From Candidatus Marinacidobacterium sp. (GTDB lineage: Bacteria; Acidobacteriota; Vicinamibacteria; Marinacidobacterales; Marinacidobacteraceae), in contig OZ242011.1 of NCBI GenBank assembly GCA_965204755.1, positions 3,168,001 through 3,232,000 of the forward strand: DNA of 64,000 nucleotides, given 5' to 3'. A program made the translations under genes and the position numbers. The notes under the pieces were generated by a model that was not told the origin of the DNA, searched no databases, and was given only the letters and a program-made list of their open reading frames with translations. Shown here one piece after another: positions 31,548-41,023 of this stretch; the first letter of the stretch is position 1; each line of letters begins with the position of its first letter.

Positions 31548-32471
31548 TCAGTCGCAGAAGAGCCGCTCGGGCAGGGGCTGGCCGGTGATCCGCCGGTAGG
31601 CGCCCAGGAAGCGCTCGGTGGTGCCGCGCACCACCTCCTCCGGCAGGTGCGGCGCCGGCGGGTTCTTGTCCCAGTCCAGCGTCTCCAGGTAGTCGCGGAC
31701 ATACTGCTTGTCGAAACTGGACTGGAGGCGGCCCGGCGCGTAGTCGTCCGCCGGCCAGAACCGCGAGGAGTCCGGCGTGAGCACCTCGTCGATCAGGAAC
31801 AGGTTCCCCTCGTCGTCGCGCCCGAACTCGAATTTGGTGTCGGCGATGATGATGCCGCGCTCCTTCGCCCAGGCGACGCCGCTCTCGTAGATCTCGCGGG
31901 AGATCCGGTGGAGGCGCCCGGTGAGTTCCCGTCCGAGGGCGTCCGCGACGAATGCCTCGCTCACATTCTCGTCGTGGCCGTCCTCGGCCTTGGTCGCCGG
32001 GGTGAAGAGCGGCTCCGGGAACCGCTCGGCGAGTTGCATCCCGGCGGGCAGCCCGATGCCGCAGACGCTCCCCTCCCGCTGGTACTCCTTCCAGCCCGAG
32101 CCGTAGAGGAAGCCGCGCATCACGCACTCGAAGGGGATCGGCGTGAGCCGCTTCACCAGCATCGAGCGGCCTTCGAGTTGCCCCCGCGCCGGGGTGAGCG
32201 CCGCCGGGTACTTCTCGACCTCGGCGGTGATCAGGTGGTTCGGGACGATCTCGGTCGTGCGCTTCAGCCACCAGGCGCTCAGGCTGTTCAGCACCCGCCC
32301 CTTCTCCGGGATCCCCTCCGGAAGCACCACATCGAACGCGGACACCCGGTCGGTGGTGACGAGCAACAGGTCGTCCCCGACCCGGTAGATGTCCCGGACT
32401 TTCCCTTCGGAAACCCGGCTCACGCCGGGGCAGGAGGAGTCGAGCGAAGTACGGAGGAGCGCGTCAGCCAT
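31548..32471 (-). CDS. purC: SAICAR synthase
   Basis: GKVRDIY, TDRVSAFDVV, ECVMRGFLYGSGW, FTPATKA, IIADTKFEFG, DEVLTPDSSRFW, SFDKQYVRDYL. Confidence 0.97.
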   Translation of the reverse strand: MADALLRTSLDSSCPGVSRVSEGKVRDIYRVGDDLLLVTTDRVSAFDVVLPEGIPEKGRVLNSLSAWWLKRTTEIVPNHLITAEVEKYPAALTPARGQLEGRSMLVKRLTPIPFECVMRGFLYGSGWKEYQREGSVCGIGLPAGMQLAERFPEPLFTPATKAEDGHDENVSEAFVADALGRELTGRLHRISREIYESGVAWAKERGIIIADTKFEFGRDDEGNLFLIDEVLTPDSSRFWPADDYAPGRLQSSFDKQYVRDYLETLDWDKNPPAPHLPEEVVRGTTERFLGAYRRITGQPLPERLFCD

Positions 32472-32631
32472 CCCCGAATTCTACGGAGCCCCGGCCCCCG
32501 GCGAACGGCGGAATTGCGCCGCCGCCGGCGCGCGGCGTTCGCGCGCGCCGGCCCCAGGCGGCGGAGCCCCGGCGCCGCCGCGCCGAGGGCAGGGGCAACC
32601 GCCTAGAATCCGTGCGAGGACGGGCGCGGCG

Positions 32632-33723
32632 GTGATTCAGACTTTCTCCGTCGGGGACTATCGGGGGATCGGCGGGCTCGCCGTGGAAGGGCTTCGCCGG
32701 GTGAATCTGGTGGCCGGTCCCAACGGCGTCGGAAAGACCGCGCTGCTCGAAGCGCTGTGGACGTTCCACGGTCGGTTCCTTCCCTCGAACCTGTGGAACC
32801 GGCACATTCAGCGCACGAGGCGTGAATCGTTGGATCCCGTCGCCGCGCTGGCGCGGCAGGGAGTGGATCTCGCCGGTACCGAGGACGGCGTCTCCCGAGC
32901 CGCGAAGTTCGCGTTCGCACGGGACGCGGCCCTTCCGGCGACGAGTCGTAACGGGCCGGATGGCGGGAACAGTGCAACCCCGCCCACCCTCGTGACGGAT
33001 GGCGCCGCCGCCGGAGTGCCCATGACGCCGATTCGCATCGATGGGCGGTTGCGGGTGTGGCTCGACGGGGAGGAGGTCCATGAGCCCGTACAGCCGTTTC
33101 GGACGGGAAACGGGTTCGTGTTGGTTCCGCTCCCGGCGCCGTCTGAACCGAGGCCCGCCGGCGTCATCGATCTACCGACGATGGCGTTCGATCCCTCGGA
33201 GGGCGCGATCAACCACTACTCCCGCATCCTCCGCCGAGGTGCAAAGGAAGAGTTGAAGCGGAGACTGCGTCTCATTCTCCCGTTGGTGGAGGATCTGGAG
33301 ATCGTCACCAGCGACGATGGCGCCCCCTACTTGATGGCGACCACCGACGACGGAGAACGCATGGCGCTGCAGGCTCTCGGCGGAGGGATGATGCGCCTGT
33401 TTCGGACTTACACGCACTTCTACACGGCGTCTGGCGGCGGTCTGCTGCTGCTCGATGAGGTTGAGAACGGACTGCACCACTCGGTGCTCGAGAGGCTGTG
33501 GACCGACATCCGAGACATGGCGGACGCACTGGATGTCCAAGTGTTTGCGACGACCCACAGCGTCGAGTGCGTCAGGGCCGCCGTGGCGGCCTTCACCGAC
33601 GCCTGGTCGGACTTGGCCGTGATCGGCGTCTATCGTCCGCGGGACGAAGAGGGAGCGCGGGCCGTCATGTATGCCGACGACCTGCTCCGGGTCGCGACGG
33701 ACAACGGTATGGAGTTGCGGTGA
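32632..33723 (+). CDS. ABC/AAA_21-type ATPase, candidate defence component
   Basis: Walker A GPNGVGKT, signature LGGGMMR, Walker B LLLDEVENGLH, H-loop ATTHS. Confidence 0.85.
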   Translation: MIQTFSVGDYRGIGGLAVEGLRRVNLVAGPNGVGKTALLEALWTFHGRFLPSNLWNRHIQRTRRESLDPVAALARQGVDLAGTEDGVSRAAKFAFARDAALPATSRNGPDGGNSATPPTLVTDGAAAGVPMTPIRIDGRLRVWLDGEEVHEPVQPFRTGNGFVLVPLPAPSEPRPAGVIDLPTMAFDPSEGAINHYSRILRRGAKEELKRRLRLILPLVEDLEIVTSDDGAPYLMATTDDGERMALQALGGGMMRLFRTYTHFYTASGGGLLLLDEVENGLHHSVLERLWTDIRDMADALDVQVFATTHSVECVRAAVAAFTDAWSDLAVIGVYRPRDEEGARAVMYADDLLRVATDNGMELR

Positions 33724-34364
33724 CTCTCGGAGACGCGGGCTCCGCCGGGCTCATCCACCGGTCCCGCGTCCTGCTCGTGGAAGGAAAGGACGAGGCCCGG
33801 TTCTTCTCCTCGCTGTTGAGCGCCACTCCGGGCCCGAATCCCTTCCAGATCGTGCCGGTCGGAAAAGAGAAACTGCGTGAGAACTTGACCTTCGTTCGAG
33901 CCATGTTCGCCCGGGCCGCCTTGACCTGTGAGGCTCTCGGGGTCGTGCGCGACGCGGATGAAGACGCGGGGCGGGCCTTCCAGAGCGTCCGGGACGCTCT
34001 CCGCGACCGGAAGTGGATCCCTCCCTCTCGGCACGGCGAGGTCACCTGCGGCGTCCCGAAGATCGGCGTGTTCATCATGCCCGACGGAGAGGAAAAGGGA
34101 GCGCTCGAAACCCTCTGCCGGCGCGCTGTCGAAGAAACCGAGGCCGGCCGCTGCGCGACGGAATACCTGCGCTGCATGGAGCGGGCGGGCCGGATGGCCG
34201 GCATCGCGGCGCGGAGGGACAAGGCCTTCGCCCACACTTACCTCGCCGGCGGCGACGACCCGGTCGCCCGCGTGGGAGAAGGCGCCGAGCAGGGTATTTG
34301 GGACTACACCCATGCCGCGTTTTCGCCGCTCGTGGATTTCGTCCGGCGGCTCGGTTCGTCCTGA
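33720..34364 (+). CDS. TOPRIM-like protein (DUF3226-like), partner of the ATPase
   Basis: GTGA-coupled; LLVEGKDE, GVVRDADED (DxD), FIMPDGEEKGALETL. Confidence 0.75.
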   Translation: MTLGDAGSAGLIHRSRVLLVEGKDEARFFSSLLSATPGPNPFQIVPVGKEKLRENLTFVRAMFARAALTCEALGVVRDADEDAGRAFQSVRDALRDRKWIPPSRHGEVTCGVPKIGVFIMPDGEEKGALETLCRRAVEETEAGRCATEYLRCMERAGRMAGIAARRDKAFAHTYLAGGDDPVARVGEGAEQGIWDYTHAAFSPLVDFVRRLGSS

Positions 34365-34467
34365 GCCTTCGCCCCGATCGAGGTCGGGAGTATCCGCGCG
34401 ACCCGAGTCGGGCCGCGCGCCGCTCTGCGAGACGAGCGGGTTCGGAGCCGTCAGGCCCCGGAGGGGG

Positions 34468-34737
34468 TCAGCCGGCGGCCGCGGCGCGGACGAGGTGGGA
34501 GAGGCGGGACTTCGCGCGGGCGGCGGCGTTTCGATGCATGATGCCGCGGCCGGCCATGCGGTCGATCAGGGCGATGGTCTTCGGCAGGCGTTCGTTCGCG
34601 GCGTCGGCGTCGCCGGCGGCGACGGCTTCCCGGAGGTGGCGGATGGCGGTGCGGAGGCCGCTCCGGTGGTGGCGGTTGCGGAGGCGGCGGACTTCGTTCT
34701 GCCGCGCGCGCTTGCGGGCGGATCGGCTGTGGGCCAT
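34468..34737 (-). CDS. rpsT: 30S ribosomal protein S20
   Basis: MAHSRSARKRARQNEVRRLRN..RTAIR..IMHRNAAARAKSRL. Confidence 0.96.
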   Translation of the reverse strand: MAHSRSARKRARQNEVRRLRNRHHRSGLRTAIRHLREAVAAGDADAANERLPKTIALIDRMAGRGIMHRNAAARAKSRLSHLVRAAAAG

Positions 34738-34864
34738 CGGGTCGTCGTTACCGGTTCTTTCGTCGTCGAGGAAGGGGGAGAGACTGGCGCCGGGCCGGCG
34801 CGGCCGGCGGGCAACCCGCGATTCTACCCTGCCGGGGCCTTCGACCTGCGCCGGACGAGCGGGT

Positions 34865-35908
34865 TCAGCGCTGACGGTCGGGCTCGGGGGCGCCGGTCAG
34901 TCGGACGGAGCCGCTGAAAGTGTTCACCGCGAGGTGGGGGCCGCCCTCTCCCCGGCGGGCGTGCAAATACCGCGGGCCGGTCTGTCCTTCGACCGCCACC
35001 TCGCTCTCGATCCGGCCGGTGTAACTCGCGGCTTCCACGGCGATCCCGGCGAGGGAAGAGAGATCCACGGCGACATCGCCGGAATGGGTCTGGATGTCGT
35101 ACCAGCCGCTCGGCCGGAACTCGCCGCCGAGACTGACCGCTCCGCTGAGCGTCTGCAGCCGGCTCCTCCGGGCCCCCAGGTCGCGGATCGAGAGGGGGCC
35201 GCTCACGGTTTCCGCGTGGAACGCGTCGGCTTCCAGACCGCGAACCGTGACCTCCCCGCTGATGCTGCGGAGCCGGAAGGTCGCCTCCGGCGAACTGAGC
35301 CCGGCGACGGTGATGGCCGCCGAGAAAGTGCGGACCACCAGTGAGGCGCCGTCGGGAAGCCACACCTCGAGATCCACCGAAACCGGGAGGATGCGCCGGG
35401 GCACGCGGATCTCCGTGATCGGGACTTCGCCGGTCGGATCGGGGCGCGCTCCCTCGGCTTCCGCCGGCGAGCGGCGGCCGGCGGCGCGGGCGCGCATCGG
35501 CGAGGGGCCGATGCGGTAGTGCCGGCCGTGGCGGGTGAGGCCCAGGTCCACCCGTTCGAGCAGCCGCGCCGCTTCCTCCGGCGGACGCTCCTCGGTGAGC
35601 CGCTTCACTCCCACGATGCGGAGGATCCGCTCTTCCCCGGGATCGGTCTCGTGGACTTCCACATGGCCGGCGAAGTTCATGACGGTGACCGTGGCGTCCT
35701 CCTCCACTTCCACGGCGTGTTCCACCCGCTCCGGGACTTCGCGTTGCGCCGCGGCGCGTTCGCCGCCGGCGGGGAAGGCGGCGCCGGCGTTCGGGAGCGC
35801 GATCGCTGTCGGCGCGATCACCGTCAGGAGCGCGAGGCGGCGCGCGCCCGGCGGGGTATGGCGATGCGGTCGCTCGGTCGTTCTCATGATTCGTTCCTCG
35901 CCGGTCAT
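34865..35908 (-). CDS. Secreted DUF4097 beta-strand-repeat (putative adhesin) protein
   Basis: Repeated T.SG.V/L motifs (RSISGEV, ETVSGPL, QTLSGAV, QTHSGDV, NTFSGSV); signal-like segment. Confidence 0.75.
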   Translation of the reverse strand: MTGEERIMRTTERPHRHTPPGARRLALLTVIAPTAIALPNAGAAFPAGGERAAAQREVPERVEHAVEVEEDATVTVMNFAGHVEVHETDPGEERILRIVGVKRLTEERPPEEAARLLERVDLGLTRHGRHYRIGPSPMRARAAGRRSPAEAEGARPDPTGEVPITEIRVPRRILPVSVDLEVWLPDGASLVVRTFSAAITVAGLSSPEATFRLRSISGEVTVRGLEADAFHAETVSGPLSIRDLGARRSRLQTLSGAVSLGGEFRPSGWYDIQTHSGDVAVDLSSLAGIAVEAASYTGRIESEVAVEGQTGPRYLHARRGEGGPHLAVNTFSGSVRLTGAPEPDRQR

Positions 35909-36363
35909 CCGGTCTCCGGCGGTTCGCGCCCGGAAAGGGCTTCGATCCGTTCCTGCGCGGTGGCGCCGTCGCCCCGTTCCAGGTCCTGCATGAGCATCAG
36001 CGTGTTGTGGAACAGGTCCAACTTGCGCCGCAGGGTCTGGAGCAGGGTCTCCTGCGCCTCCTCGTCGTCGGGCGCTTCCGCCGCCAGGCGCCGGCTCTCG
36101 GCGATGGCGGCGTCCAGCGCCTCGATCTCGGGCTCCATCGCCTCCTGCACTTCGTCGAAACCCGTCGGCGCTTCGCCCGCCCGGATGGCGGACTCGATGT
36201 CGCCGATGGCTTCTTCGTAGAGCGCCTCCGCCTCCGTCACCGGGTGGGTCGGCGCGCCGGCGTCGGGCGGCGCCACTTCGGCGCCGTCCTCTCCCGGCCA
36301 CAGCAGCAGGACGAGCGCGAGCGCGGCCACCAGGGCCGGCCACGCCCAACGGGGAACCCGCAT
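35905..36363 (-). CDS. Single-TM hypothetical protein with helical C-terminus (anti-sigma C-terminal-like)
   Basis: N-terminal TM segment; YEEAIGDIE..LDAAIAESRR..PDD..L...RRKLDL; stop overlaps the DUF4097 start (ATGA). Confidence 0.6.
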   Translation of the reverse strand: MRVPRWAWPALVAALALVLLLWPGEDGAEVAPPDAGAPTHPVTEAEALYEEAIGDIESAIRAGEAPTGFDEVQEAMEPEIEALDAAIAESRRLAAEAPDDEEAQETLLQTLRRKLDLFHNTLMLMQDLERGDGATAQERIEALSGREPPETG

Positions 36364-36417
36364 CGAACGCGCGGAAACCTAGCAGCGGCGGCCGCCGGCG
36401 AGTCGTCCGTCGCGAGG

Positions 36418-36837
36418 TCAGTCCGGCGCCGCGGCGCTCTCTTTGTCGTCCTTTTCGTGGAACAGGTGTCCGAAACCGAACCCGAGGACCAAGGCGTTCC
36501 ACAGCCCCAGAAGGAGCGCTTCGAGGGCGGTGTCGGGCCAGGAGGATCCGAAGAAGCCCATGAAGTTCGCCCACCCCCAGACCGCGGTCACGGTCGCCGC
36601 GCCCACCAGCGCCCCGACCACGAACGGGTAAGCGCTGCCGCCGACGAAGCGGGAGCGCCACCGAACGGCGAGTCGGCGAAACAGCGGGAATCCCGCCGAG
36701 ACTCCGCAGGCGCTGCCTATTCCATAGAGAACCGCGCCGTCCCAGCCGGTCGCCGGCGGGGTCAGGACCGCCATGGCGACGAAGACCCCGACGCCGAAAC
36801 AGACCCCGAGCGAGAGGGTCGCTTCCCGCGTAGTCAT
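36418..36837 (-). CDS. Hypothetical membrane protein (~4 TM)
   Basis: ATG 36837 overlaps upstream stop; hydrophobic segments. Confidence 0.6.
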   Translation of the reverse strand: MTTREATLSLGVCFGVGVFVAMAVLTPPATGWDGAVLYGIGSACGVSAGFPLFRRLAVRWRSRFVGGSAYPFVVGALVGAATVTAVWGWANFMGFFGSSWPDTALEALLLGLWNALVLGFGFGHLFHEKDDKESAAAPD

Positions 36838-37262
36838 GATCGCGGGGGCCCCTCGGCGGCCGGCGTGAGGAAGAAGGCCGTCCAGAACCCGACGAGGCCC
36901 GCAGCCAGGACTTCCTTCAACCAAGGCGCGGCCTCCGGCGACGGGCCGTCGATCAACACATTGCACTGCGCGTCGAGAACGAAGAGGAAGACGACCCCGG
37001 CGGCGAACGCGAGGAGTGACCAGTTCCCGGAGCGACGGACAACTCGGTCGTCGAGCCATCGGCGCGCCCGGGCGAGGAAGAGGAGTCCCGCGAAGAGTCC
37101 GGCGGCGAGCCCGGCGCCCACCGCCCAACTCGAGAAACCGTTCGGCTCCTCACCCACCAGGAGCAGGAAGGTCATCAGCCCGCCGCCGACGCCGAACCCG
37201 GCGGCCAGGAGGAGCCGGTTCCGCAGCCTTCTCGCCGCGCCGCTCTTCGATTCCTCGGTCAC
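36834..37262 (-). CDS. Hypothetical membrane protein (~4 TM)
   Basis: GTG 37262 after AGAGGAG; hydrophobic segments. Confidence 0.6.
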   Translation of the reverse strand: MTEESKSGAARRLRNRLLLAAGFGVGGGLMTFLLLVGEEPNGFSSWAVGAGLAAGLFAGLLFLARARRWLDDRVVRRSGNWSLLAFAAGVVFLFVLDAQCNVLIDGPSPEAAPWLKEVLAAGLVGFWTAFFLTPAAEGPPRS

Positions 37263-37442
37263 GAAGGCTCCTCTCTCCCGTTTTCCGTTCGGTACTGCAC
37301 CTTTTGTCACGCCGGGGCGAGTTTTCAAGGGGTAGGGCGCAAGAAATTCGCGGGCAAGTCCCACGGTCGGGTGCGCTCAGCGGCGACTTCGCGCCATCGT
37401 CCGCCCCCGCGGCCCCGGCCGGGGGAGGTCAGCCGGCGGAGG

Positions 37443-39173
37443 TCAGCCGGCGGTGAGTCTCCAGAGCAGCAGCGCGGCGGCGGCGAGGGCGGCGAAGAGG
37501 ATCGTGCGGCCGATGGGGCGGTGGAAGGAGAAGGCTTCGGCCGTATCGGGACTCGGCGCTCCGTCCCCCCGGCCGCCGCCGCGCGAAGCGAGTCCGCGGG
37601 CGGCGCGGCCGGCGGCGGCGATGATCCGGCGGCGGAGCAACACGGCCTCCGGCTGGGCTTCGCCGAGGCGGCGGACGACGGCGGCGCCGAGCCGGCGGAG
37701 CGGGCGGCGGTAGAACCAGTCCGTGTCCAGCGTGAGTCCGGGCGAGGGTTTCAGCCGGGCGTAGAACAGCAGGAACGCGACGCCGGCGGCGGCGAGCAAC
37801 TGCGACGAGGAGACGATGTGGTCGAGGGTGAACGGGTGGTACTCGGCGGCCTCCGGCAACCGGCGGTACAGGAGGTCCGGCGCTGCGCCGTAGAGCAGGC
37901 AGAGCCCTCCGGCGAGGCCCATCGCCGCCAGCAGGTTCGACGGCAGCCGGGCCACGGCCAATCCCCGCCGCTCGCCGAAGAAGGCGAAGGCCGGGAGTTT
38001 CAGTCCCACGGAGAGGAAGGTGCCCACCGCCGCGAGGCCGAGCAGCAACTCCGCGGTGGGGAAGTGCGCCTCGCCGGCCGCGCTCACGATCATGGACTTG
38101 CTGATGAACCCGTTGAAGCCGGGCGCCCCGGAGATCGAGAGCGCCCCCACCAGGTACATCCCGACCGCGAAGGGCATCTTCCCGGCGACCGCGCCGAGCG
38201 CCGACAGTCGGCGCTTGCCGGTCGCCTCGATGGCGGCGCCGGCGCCCATGAACAGGAGCGCCTTGTAGAGGATGTGGGAGAACGCGTGGGCGGCCGCCCC
38301 GTTCAGCGCGAGCGCCGTCCCGATGCCGACCCCGGTCACCATGTACCCGACCTGGCTGACGATGTGGTAGCCGAGCAGCCGCCGGAGGTCGTTCTCGAGC
38401 AGGGCGAAGACCACCCCGTAGAGGGACATCGCCACCCCGAGCGGCACGAGCAGCGCCTCGCCGGGGAAGAGCCGCAGCAGCGCGTACACCGCCGTCTTCG
38501 TGGTGAACGCGGAGAGGAACACCGAGCCGGAAGTGCTCGCCTCCGGGTAGGAGTCGGTGAGCCAGGCGTGGAGCGGCGGGACGGCCGCGTTCAGCGCCAC
38601 CGCGGCCAGGATCAGCCAGGAGGGCGGCCCCGCCCCGGCGAGGACGGAGAGCGCCGCCCCGCCCCCGCCGCCGAGGTGGAACACGATCCCCAAGAAGAGC
38701 AGCGCGCCCCCGGCGGAGTGGACGAGCAGGTAGCGCATCCCGGCGGACCGGGCCGCGGGCGTCCCGCCCTCCCACACCACCACCAGCGAGGTCAGCGCCA
38801 TGGCCTCCCAGAACACGAAGAAGGTGATCCAGTCGCCGGCGAACACGGTGGCGATCGCCGAACCGGCGTAGGCCAGCGCGGCGGCGGTCTCCCGGGCGCG
38901 GAGCCGGTGCGCCCCGTAGAGGAGGCCGAGGAGGGCCACCACGGAGAACACCAGCCCGAACAGCAGGCTGAGCCGGTCGGCCCGGAACCAGAGCACTTCG
39001 AAACCGGCGACCTCCGCGGTGAGGCTGGCCGGGCCGAGCCGCAGTTGGGTGAGGAGCGCGGCGGCGGCGAAGGCGATCCCGATCGGCGGCGCCGGGAGGA
39101 GGCGCCGGAGCAGGAGCGTGGCCAGCGCTCCCGCGAAGAGCCAGAAGGCCGGGTGCGAAGCGATCCCGGTCAC
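37443..39173 (-). CDS. mrpD: Mrp Na+/H+ antiporter subunit D-like (third copy)
   Basis: FWEAMA, PLHAWLTDSYPEA, SAFTTKTAVY, YHIVSQVGYM, HILYKALLFM, PGFNGFISK. Confidence 0.85.
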   Translation of the reverse strand: MTGIASHPAFWLFAGALATLLLRRLLPAPPIGIAFAAAALLTQLRLGPASLTAEVAGFEVLWFRADRLSLLFGLVFSVVALLGLLYGAHRLRARETAAALAYAGSAIATVFAGDWITFFVFWEAMALTSLVVVWEGGTPAARSAGMRYLLVHSAGGALLFLGIVFHLGGGGGAALSVLAGAGPPSWLILAAVALNAAVPPLHAWLTDSYPEASTSGSVFLSAFTTKTAVYALLRLFPGEALLVPLGVAMSLYGVVFALLENDLRRLLGYHIVSQVGYMVTGVGIGTALALNGAAAHAFSHILYKALLFMGAGAAIEATGKRRLSALGAVAGKMPFAVGMYLVGALSISGAPGFNGFISKSMIVSAAGEAHFPTAELLLGLAAVGTFLSVGLKLPAFAFFGERRGLAVARLPSNLLAAMGLAGGLCLLYGAAPDLLYRRLPEAAEYHPFTLDHIVSSSQLLAAAGVAFLLFYARLKPSPGLTLDTDWFYRRPLRRLGAAVVRRLGEAQPEAVLLRRRIIAAAGRAARGLASRGGGRGDGAPSPDTAEAFSFHRPIGRTILFAALAAAALLLWRLTAG

Positions 39174-39460
39174 CCGAGGCGCTCCTCGTCGTCGTCCGCG
39201 GCCGGTTCGGCGTAGTAGTCCTCTCGGCGGCCGAGCGCCGGTTTCACCACCGTCTTGGCCCCCAGGATCAGGAGGCCGCCCCCGACGAACCCGAAGGCCA
39301 GGTCCCAGAGCGGGACGGCGTTCCAGAAGCCGCCGTGGTGTTCGGCGCCGGAGAGGAACACCGCGAGGTCGGCGGCGATGAGCACCGCCGCGGCGAGCGC
39401 CGGCCCGAAGAGGCGCAAGGCGCGGGCGCCGGTCATCGGAGGTCGCGAAGGAGCGCTCAT
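39170..39460 (-). CDS. Small two-TM protein of the Mrp operon
   Basis: Two TM segments, FGFVGG, C-terminal RREDYY; coupled to mrpD. Confidence 0.7.
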   Translation of the reverse strand: MSAPSRPPMTGARALRLFGPALAAAVLIAADLAVFLSGAEHHGGFWNAVPLWDLAFGFVGGGLLILGAKTVVKPALGRREDYYAEPAADDDEERLG

Positions 39461-39502
39461 CGCAAGGCGCGGGCGCCGGTCACCGGAAGGTGCGGGCGCC
39501 GG

Positions 39503-41023
39503 TCATCGCAGGTTCGGGAGCGCGGCCAGCGCCGTCGGGGCCGCCGCCGCCACCTGCGCCGCCGCGGCTTTCGCCAACTCGAAGAAGCGGACCCCGGCGT
39601 TCGGGGCGACGCCCAGGACGACCGCGCAGGCGGCGGCCAACGCCGGCGGCGCCCAGAGCAGCGGCGTGGGCTCGCCGCCGGGGGCGGCGTCGGCCGCGCG
39701 CTCGAAGAACGCCGTTCGCAGGATCGGGAGGTAGTAGCCCAGGTTTAGCAGGCCGCTGCCCACCAGCAGCGCCGCCGGCCAGAGGGCGCCGCCTTCCAGC
39801 CCGCCGAGCGCGAGGTTCCACTTGCTCAGGAATCCCGGGAGGAGCGGCACCCCGGCCATCCCCAGCGCGCCGACGGTGAACGCGCCGAAGGTGATCGGCA
39901 TCGTCCGTCCCAGGCCGGCCAGAGCGGAGATGCGTTCCTTGCCGGTGGCGGCGTACACCGCGCCCGCGCAGAAGAAGAGGGTGATCTTCGTGAAGCCGTG
40001 GGCGGCGATGTGGAAGGCGGCGCCGGTGAGCGCCAGCGGCGTCCCGATCGCTCCGCCGAGGACGATGTAACTCAACTGGCTCACCGTGGAGTAGGCCAAC
40101 CGGCGCTTCAGGTGGTCTTCCCCCAGCGCGCGGAGCGAGGCGAACAGGATCGTGCCGCCGGCGAGCAGGGCGAGCGGCAGGCTGAGCCCCAGGTCGCGCA
40201 TCGCCTCCGGCCCGAACACCCAGCCGGTGAGCCGGAGCATCCCGAATGCGCCGGCCTTCACCACCGCGACCGCATGGAGCAGGGCGCTCACCGGGGTCGG
40301 CGCCACCATCGCGGCGGGCAGCCAGCCGTGGAGCGGGAAGACCGCCGCCTTCGCGCCGACGCCCACCAGGAACAGCAGGAAGAGGACCCGGAGCGCGCCG
40401 TCGCTCGCCGTTCCCGCGAGGAAGCCGCCCGGGGTGAACCCGGCGCCGGGCGCCAGGACGCCGGCCCAGATCACCGCGCCGAGGAGCAGTTGGCCGGCGA
40501 GCAGGGTGTAGGCGAGGTAGGCGCGCCCGGAGCCCAGGACCGACCGGGTCCGCCGGTGCACCACCAGCGGCCAGGTGGCGACGGTGAGTACCTCGTAGCC
40601 GATGACGAAGGTGACGAGGTTGGCCGCCAGGGCGATGGCGGCGGCCGCGGAAGCCGCCACCGCGAACGCGGCGTAGTAGCCGGTGGCGTGCGGGGACTTG
40701 AGCGTTCTCAGGTAGCCGACCGAGTAGGCGGAAGTCGCCGTCCACAGCAGCGAGGCCAGGGTGAGGAACAGGAGGCCCAGCGGGTCGGCGCGGAACTGCA
40801 GCGGCGCGCCGGGGAGCAGGGGCAGCGCCGGACTCACCGGTTCCGCGCCGGAGAAGACCGCCGGGAGCATGGCGAGCGCGGCGGCGAGTTGGACGCCGGC
40901 GGCAAGGAAGGTCCAGGTCTCGCGGAGGTTCGGGAACCGCCGGGAGAGGAGGATGGGGACGACCGCGGCGAGCCCGGCGCCGACGGCCGCGAACGGGACG
41001 AGCGAGGGGACTTCGTTCGTCAT
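39503..41023 (-). CDS. mrpD: Mrp antiporter subunit D-like (second copy)
   Basis: ATG 41023; YEVLT, PLHGWLPAAMVAPTPVSALLHAVAVVKAG, LAYSTVSQLSY, GFLSKW. Confidence 0.85.
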   Translation of the reverse strand: MTNEVPSLVPFAAVGAGLAAVVPILLSRRFPNLRETWTFLAAGVQLAAALAMLPAVFSGAEPVSPALPLLPGAPLQFRADPLGLLFLTLASLLWTATSAYSVGYLRTLKSPHATGYYAAFAVAASAAAAIALAANLVTFVIGYEVLTVATWPLVVHRRTRSVLGSGRAYLAYTLLAGQLLLGAVIWAGVLAPGAGFTPGGFLAGTASDGALRVLFLLFLVGVGAKAAVFPLHGWLPAAMVAPTPVSALLHAVAVVKAGAFGMLRLTGWVFGPEAMRDLGLSLPLALLAGGTILFASLRALGEDHLKRRLAYSTVSQLSYIVLGGAIGTPLALTGAAFHIAAHGFTKITLFFCAGAVYAATGKERISALAGLGRTMPITFGAFTVGALGMAGVPLLPGFLSKWNLALGGLEGGALWPAALLVGSGLLNLGYYLPILRTAFFERAADAAPGGEPTPLLWAPPALAAACAVVLGVAPNAGVRFFELAKAAAAQVAAAAPTALAALPNLR

